A stretch of DNA of 64,000 bases from Yuukianura sp. NJ FZ-2021 (taxonomy: Eukaryota), in contig CM102286.1 of assembly GCA_046563655.1 (NCBI GenBank), positions 8,494,001-8,558,000 on the forward strand, in the 5' to 3' direction. The notes below the pieces were generated by a model that searched no databases, was not told where the DNA came from, and saw only the letters and a list, made by a program, of their open reading frames with translations. Both the position numbers and the translations under genes were made by a program. Positions 59,601 to 64,000 of the stretch are shown piece by piece (the first letter of the stretch is position 1; every line of letters starts with the position of its first letter).

Positions 59601-62600
59601 ATAGTTAGAAGTTAATTAAAATTCAATTTGTTACTTTCAGTCGCAGTTACTATATTAGCAACAATACAGAATTTACATACAATGCTGGATTTTGAACCGC
59701 GGCGACCATTTCTGTTGGCACTATTCATATCCGAGTCGCCATGTTGAATCGTCCAATTTAGAGCCAATAAAGCTTTGACTGAATCTCGAATTGGCTCCTT
59801 GTACCTTTCCTTTTCCTATTCAATAAAATTTAACGTTATAGATTGAGGATTTGAAATTTGGTGGTAAAAATTTTAGAATTTGGTGGCTGAGTTACGTAAT
59901 CTGTGAGCATGTGGTAAGGCTTCAGACGGGGATGGATCTTGTCGTTCCAGGTGTACTGCTCTCCAAATTGCCAACCGTTGTCCAATTTACGCCCTGCCCA
60001 TGCGTCATGGTAATGTTCCGAGAACTTTTGAATCAGCATGTTCAAATCTTGTGTAATTTGTACTCTGTGGAAAACACAAAAACCCCAACTGTTTAATATG
60101 TTCCTACATGCAGATTTAAAATGCTTCAACAATTTTTACGCATTGGTTTCAATTGGTTCTGGTTGGTATGGTCCACCGGAATCGGAAACAGACGCTTTGA
60201 TAACTTCGTCGTCCCCACCGGCAGATAAGCTGTAGTCAGGAGGTAGAGCACAACCAATCGCACTAAGGCATGGAAGAGCTTTTCCAAACAGTTCTGGATC
60301 GTATTCCTAAACAGTACACCAAACAAAAATGAAATCTAAAAAATTTGAATTTAGTCCAGTAAGTTGAAAATTTTAAAGTCTAACGACGAGCGAGAGTTAT
60401 TACCATTTTAGATAATGAATCAAAAATGTTGCTAAATAACATCATGGTTAAGCGCTTCTCTTCTTCGCTGGCAATTCCATAAACACCTTGTCCGCTCGTT
60501 GAGCCGTAGTATTTTCCGCAGCGCTCATAGTGAAGTGTCAACAGCTATTTCAAAACATTCAAATAGTTTCAATCCAAACGCACAAAGTTTGACAAGATTG
60601 TGAGCAATCCTTCCCTTACCCGGAGAGCAACAGTGGTATACTCGGAAAGCTTTGACACATCGACAGTAAGCTTCCGCAACAATTTCAACAGCATGCTTGG
60701 TTGCATTTCCCTAAGCAGTTTTAAATGATTAGTAAAAACCAATTTTTGAAAAACTAAAAACGTCAACTTTAGCAAAATTCAGTTCCAAACCTTGTCAATG
60801 CCACTAGAAAGTCTGAGACGGCTTCTCGTTGTCCTTTTGTCAGCATTTTTATTTTGGAGAGTCGGTACACTGTATGAAGCGTTGCATCTAACAGGCTCGA
60901 ATAATTGTCCGCCTCTGCGTAAAATTTGGATTGAGCTATAAGCAACGGCAGAATGGAGTTTCCGATGTATCGATTCAACGCAAGACCCATGTCGGAATCT
61001 CCGCCATCGTGCTGTAAAATTCAAAAATTTGTTAATTTTAATTTCACTTCCTTTTTAAATTATTTTACTGTCTTACGCGATCCAACATTGTCGCGGCACG
61101 AAGATCAGGCAGGAAGGCTTCTTCAAGTAACCGGAAAAATAGCTCCCTGTCCTCCATTCCATATACACGCTCCAAAAACAAAACGATACTTTGTTTATGG
61201 CTCGGTACCAAACCTAAGGAACATGAATCAGAGTTAATTAATTATTCGTATGACTAACTTAACAACAAAATGGTCGAGGGTTTCACATTGAATTACCCGG
61301 TGGCATGTCACTCCTTGGCGCTTCATCGAGACCAACCAAGCTTTGCAAGCTAAATCTCAAACTCAAAGCTCCACGAAGATCTTCCAAAGGAACAAGAGAC
61401 CGAAGAATAGCTCTTGCTCGTAGTGATTCATTTTTACCCTGAAATAAAATGAAATAGTAATTGCTGTTATAATAACAATAAAATTGACAACTTTCACTTT
61501 ATCGGTCGCACTAACCTGCGCAATAACTGCCGAGTCCGGAGCGCATCTTCCTAGAAGATCAACCAACGTACAGTAGAAATTCAAAATGGCCGCTCCAGTG
61601 TCAACATAGTCTTCGTCATCATCCCCTTGTGGAAGTGGATGGTCGAAATTTCCAACCATCCCACCATCTTCTGTTCTCGAATTCTTCTGAGCAGCAATCC
61701 TATCGGACATCTTGTTGGCATCTATGATGGCTCTCAAAAGACCTTCACCTTCCCCTCGTAAAGCTGGGCCAAGACATTCCGGTCGTCTTATGAGTAGTCG
61801 AATCACTAAGTTTGCGTTTTCTTCAACACTTTCACCGCTGACCCAGACGCAGAATCGCAGAAAGTCCAAGTAGCGCTCGCCCTCTACTGGATCCCAACCC
61901 AAATCAGGGTATCCCTTTTCAACAAGCTCCGTACTGGACTGGAGTCCGCAACGCGAGAGGTAAATTGCAATCTTTTCAAGAAGATGCTCCCTAGGAACAA
62001 ATAAAGACAAATTAATCTATTCAATTAATTAAAAAAAAGTGAAGATTATGAATGTTAGGGTCACCTTAAAGCCAGAGCAAGTTCGGTATTATCCATTAGC
62101 GAAGAGTATGCGACGTCCAATGGCGTACTTCCACGGAGAGATGGTCTCGACAGCAAAATGTTACTGTGTTCCAAAAGGAATCCTAAGTGCTCAAACATTG
62201 CCTTCTGATTTTGGCGGGAAGTTCGACAGAAATAGCAAAGGAAGCGACAGCAAGCTACAACCATTTCGTGTGATGTGTCCTACAAAAAATTAGCAAATAT
62301 TAACTCAATTAGTAACTTAGTAGTTTTTTCTCAAATTAGAAAACTTGAAAAAAATATTTCAAAGTGAAAAGAAATTTTACTTTCTCTTTTGGCACAAGGT
62401 CCATTTCTTGACCTGGCGAAGAGACTTGCTGACTTTTCTCTTGAGCTTCCGACGTTGCTTGAGCTCTGCCAAGCGTGTTCATCATCAATGCCATCACGTT
62501 TTCATGTACTCTAAGAATTCTTATGAGGTCAGGGTGTTGGAAGAAAACGTAGTTGTTGACCAGTTCCCTGCAACAGCAACAGATTTGAGAATTTTAGAAA

Positions 62601-64000
62601 CTGTGACAATTAGTGCCAAAATAGCAGCAATACCATAAAAGCGTTCTCATGAGTCCCTCTTCTTCTTGTGACATTTGCACAGGTTGAAGTGCACGAATTC
62701 TGCTCAGCCCCACCCACATTTTGTTGATGTGCGGAGTTGTATTGCTGTTGAAAACATAGGATTTTTCTAATGCCCGAATCAACTCTCCGACCATGTCATA
62801 CTGACGCAACAGAAGGCCAAACATTTCCCGTACAAGAAGCGGCGTTTCAAACTGGCTCTCCTCCGCCCAATGCACGATTGTCGTTGTAAGGACTTTTCGA
62901 AATTTTTCTACAAAATACACGAAAGCATTAAAACGTTATTTTTTTTTTGTTTTTATAACCCCAGAACCTTCCGGCAGTAATTCCTTCGGTGGTTCTTCAG
63001 GTTTAGGCTCTTCCGGTGGTTCCAATTTTTTGACAATGTTGAGCATATTTACTACCCGGGTGGCTAGACCAATTTTATTTTCATCTGCATCTTCCTACAA
63101 AACGTAATAAATTGTGTCGGTACTTTTCCACACTTTTTTTTATAGATCAAGTATCACTGCCTATGATTACCCCAGATGGATCCTGCAAGGCTGCCAGAGT
63201 CAACTTGGACATCAATTCGTCATGAAATTCAGTAAGCAATCCGCGCAATTCATCTCCGCATGGACAATTCTCCTTTTCTTCCTCCTCCAAGTTTTTGAAT
63301 CCGAGAATGGCATTAACCTAGTCAAATTAACAAAGAATGTTTTTAGTTAAAAAATTGCAACTAAGAAAATTTTGTTTCACAGTGAGAAGTTAGATTTGTT
63401 TGACAGAGTTCTTACCTGCTCCACTGGTGGACACCGGAACTCCTTCGTTTTCTTAGCCGCAATTGCCGAGGGCAAGTCGGACTGCTTGATTTCAATGTAA
63501 CGTCGTAGCTGATCCTGAATTTTTAGTGAAACAGAATATCATGAATATCAGTACGGTTATTTTGTTTCAACAACGTAAGAATACAATAAGTTATTGAAAA
63601 GCTTTCTTACAGCCTGAATTTCACCAACGTAGTCATGACTGAAAGTGACAATGGCTTCCACACGATGACGAAGTTGGAAGTCGTTCATATGGTGGAGAAG
63701 GTAGCACATTTGCAATTTGACGCCTTCCGCCAATTCCATCTGTAGCAGGCCTTTCCGGTGGTCTTCGCCATCATCCTCGGTTGGAAATCTTTCAAATCGG
63801 AAGACTTCGGCTATTAGAAAAAAAGATTTGGCATTTAGAAAAACGTTTAGCATTTCCGGACCAAATCTTGTCGTTTACATTTCAGTTTTTCGGAGTCCCA
63901 TGTATTGGGGTGGATAACGATCAGCAGCCGTTCCACATCTTCATCTTCGATTACTCCAACTAAAAGTAACTTGTCCAGCAATTTTAGAAGAGGCACAAAC
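47670..64000 (-). CDS. RyR: Ryanodine receptor, 3' half; many short GT-AG introns; continues beyond the window
   Basis: Recognisable RyR segments: [16 protein letters not shown], RyR repeats (HYHDAWA), [14 protein letters not shown]-hands ([15 protein letters not shown]), TM region, filter [11 protein letters not shown]-terminus [27 protein letters not shown] (TAA at 47670-47672). Confidence 0.97.
48137..48293 (-). CDS. RyR: RyR exon: pore helix, selectivity filter and S6
   Basis: [52 protein letters not shown], bounded by AG and GT. Confidence 0.95.
52425..53150. mobile_element. Non-autonomous DINE-1/Helentron-like element in the RyR intron between the EF-hand exons
   Basis: 13-bp subterminal inverted repeats ataatagcgaagc (52453-52465) and gcttcgctattat (53135-53147); terminal hairpin ataatagc-ttc-gctattat; (CAGA)n tract 53079-53116; internal GC-rich tandem repeats. 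Ends approximate. Confidence 0.55.
53363..53428 (-). CDS. RyR: RyR pre-EF-hand exon, canonical variant
   Basis: 66 nt, phase 0-0, [27 protein letters not shown]. Confidence 0.9.
53545..53610 (-). CDS. RyR: RyR pre-EF-hand exon, alternative paralogous variant
   Basis: 66 nt, phase 0-0, [31 protein letters not shown]. Confidence 0.65.
55847..55956 (-). CDS. RyR: RyR calmodulin-binding-domain exon, variant B (single exon)
   Basis: 110 nt, phase 0-2; CTAAC branch site, CAG acceptor, GTAAAT donor; [37 protein letters not shown]. Confidence 0.75.
56148..56328 (-). CDS. RyR: RyR calmodulin-binding-domain variant A (two exons, 56250-56328 and 56148-56181)
   Basis: 79 + 34 nt, overall phase 0-2; [38 protein letters not shown]. 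Confidence 0.85.

Overview
Eukaryotic, most likely arthropod, DNA in two parts separated by a 100-N scaffold gap (45155-45254). Left (1-45154): a homogeneous ~129-bp AT-rich satellite array with higher-order structure, interrupted by three full-length, co-oriented (minus-strand) ~4.2-kb APE-RT non-LTR retrotransposons of the CR1/L2 group. Copies 1 and 2 belong to one ~19.5-kb duplication; copy 3 is an independent insertion of a ~95%-identical variant. Main finding: in this LINE, ORF1 and ORF2 are in the same frame, separated by a single TGA followed by CAA-TTA (the TMV-type CARYYA readthrough context), and ORF2 has no AUG before its endonuclease domain. This predicts a 1219-aa ORF1-EN-RT readthrough fusion. 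The element also has Inr+DPE promoter spacing that is kept by two different 5'-end duplications. Right (45255-64000): the 3' half of a multi-exon ryanodine receptor gene (minus strand) with two apparent pairs of mutually exclusive exons (calmodulin-binding helix; helix before the EF-hands), a partial divergent class A GPCR gene, and two Helentron/DINE-like non-autonomous elements.
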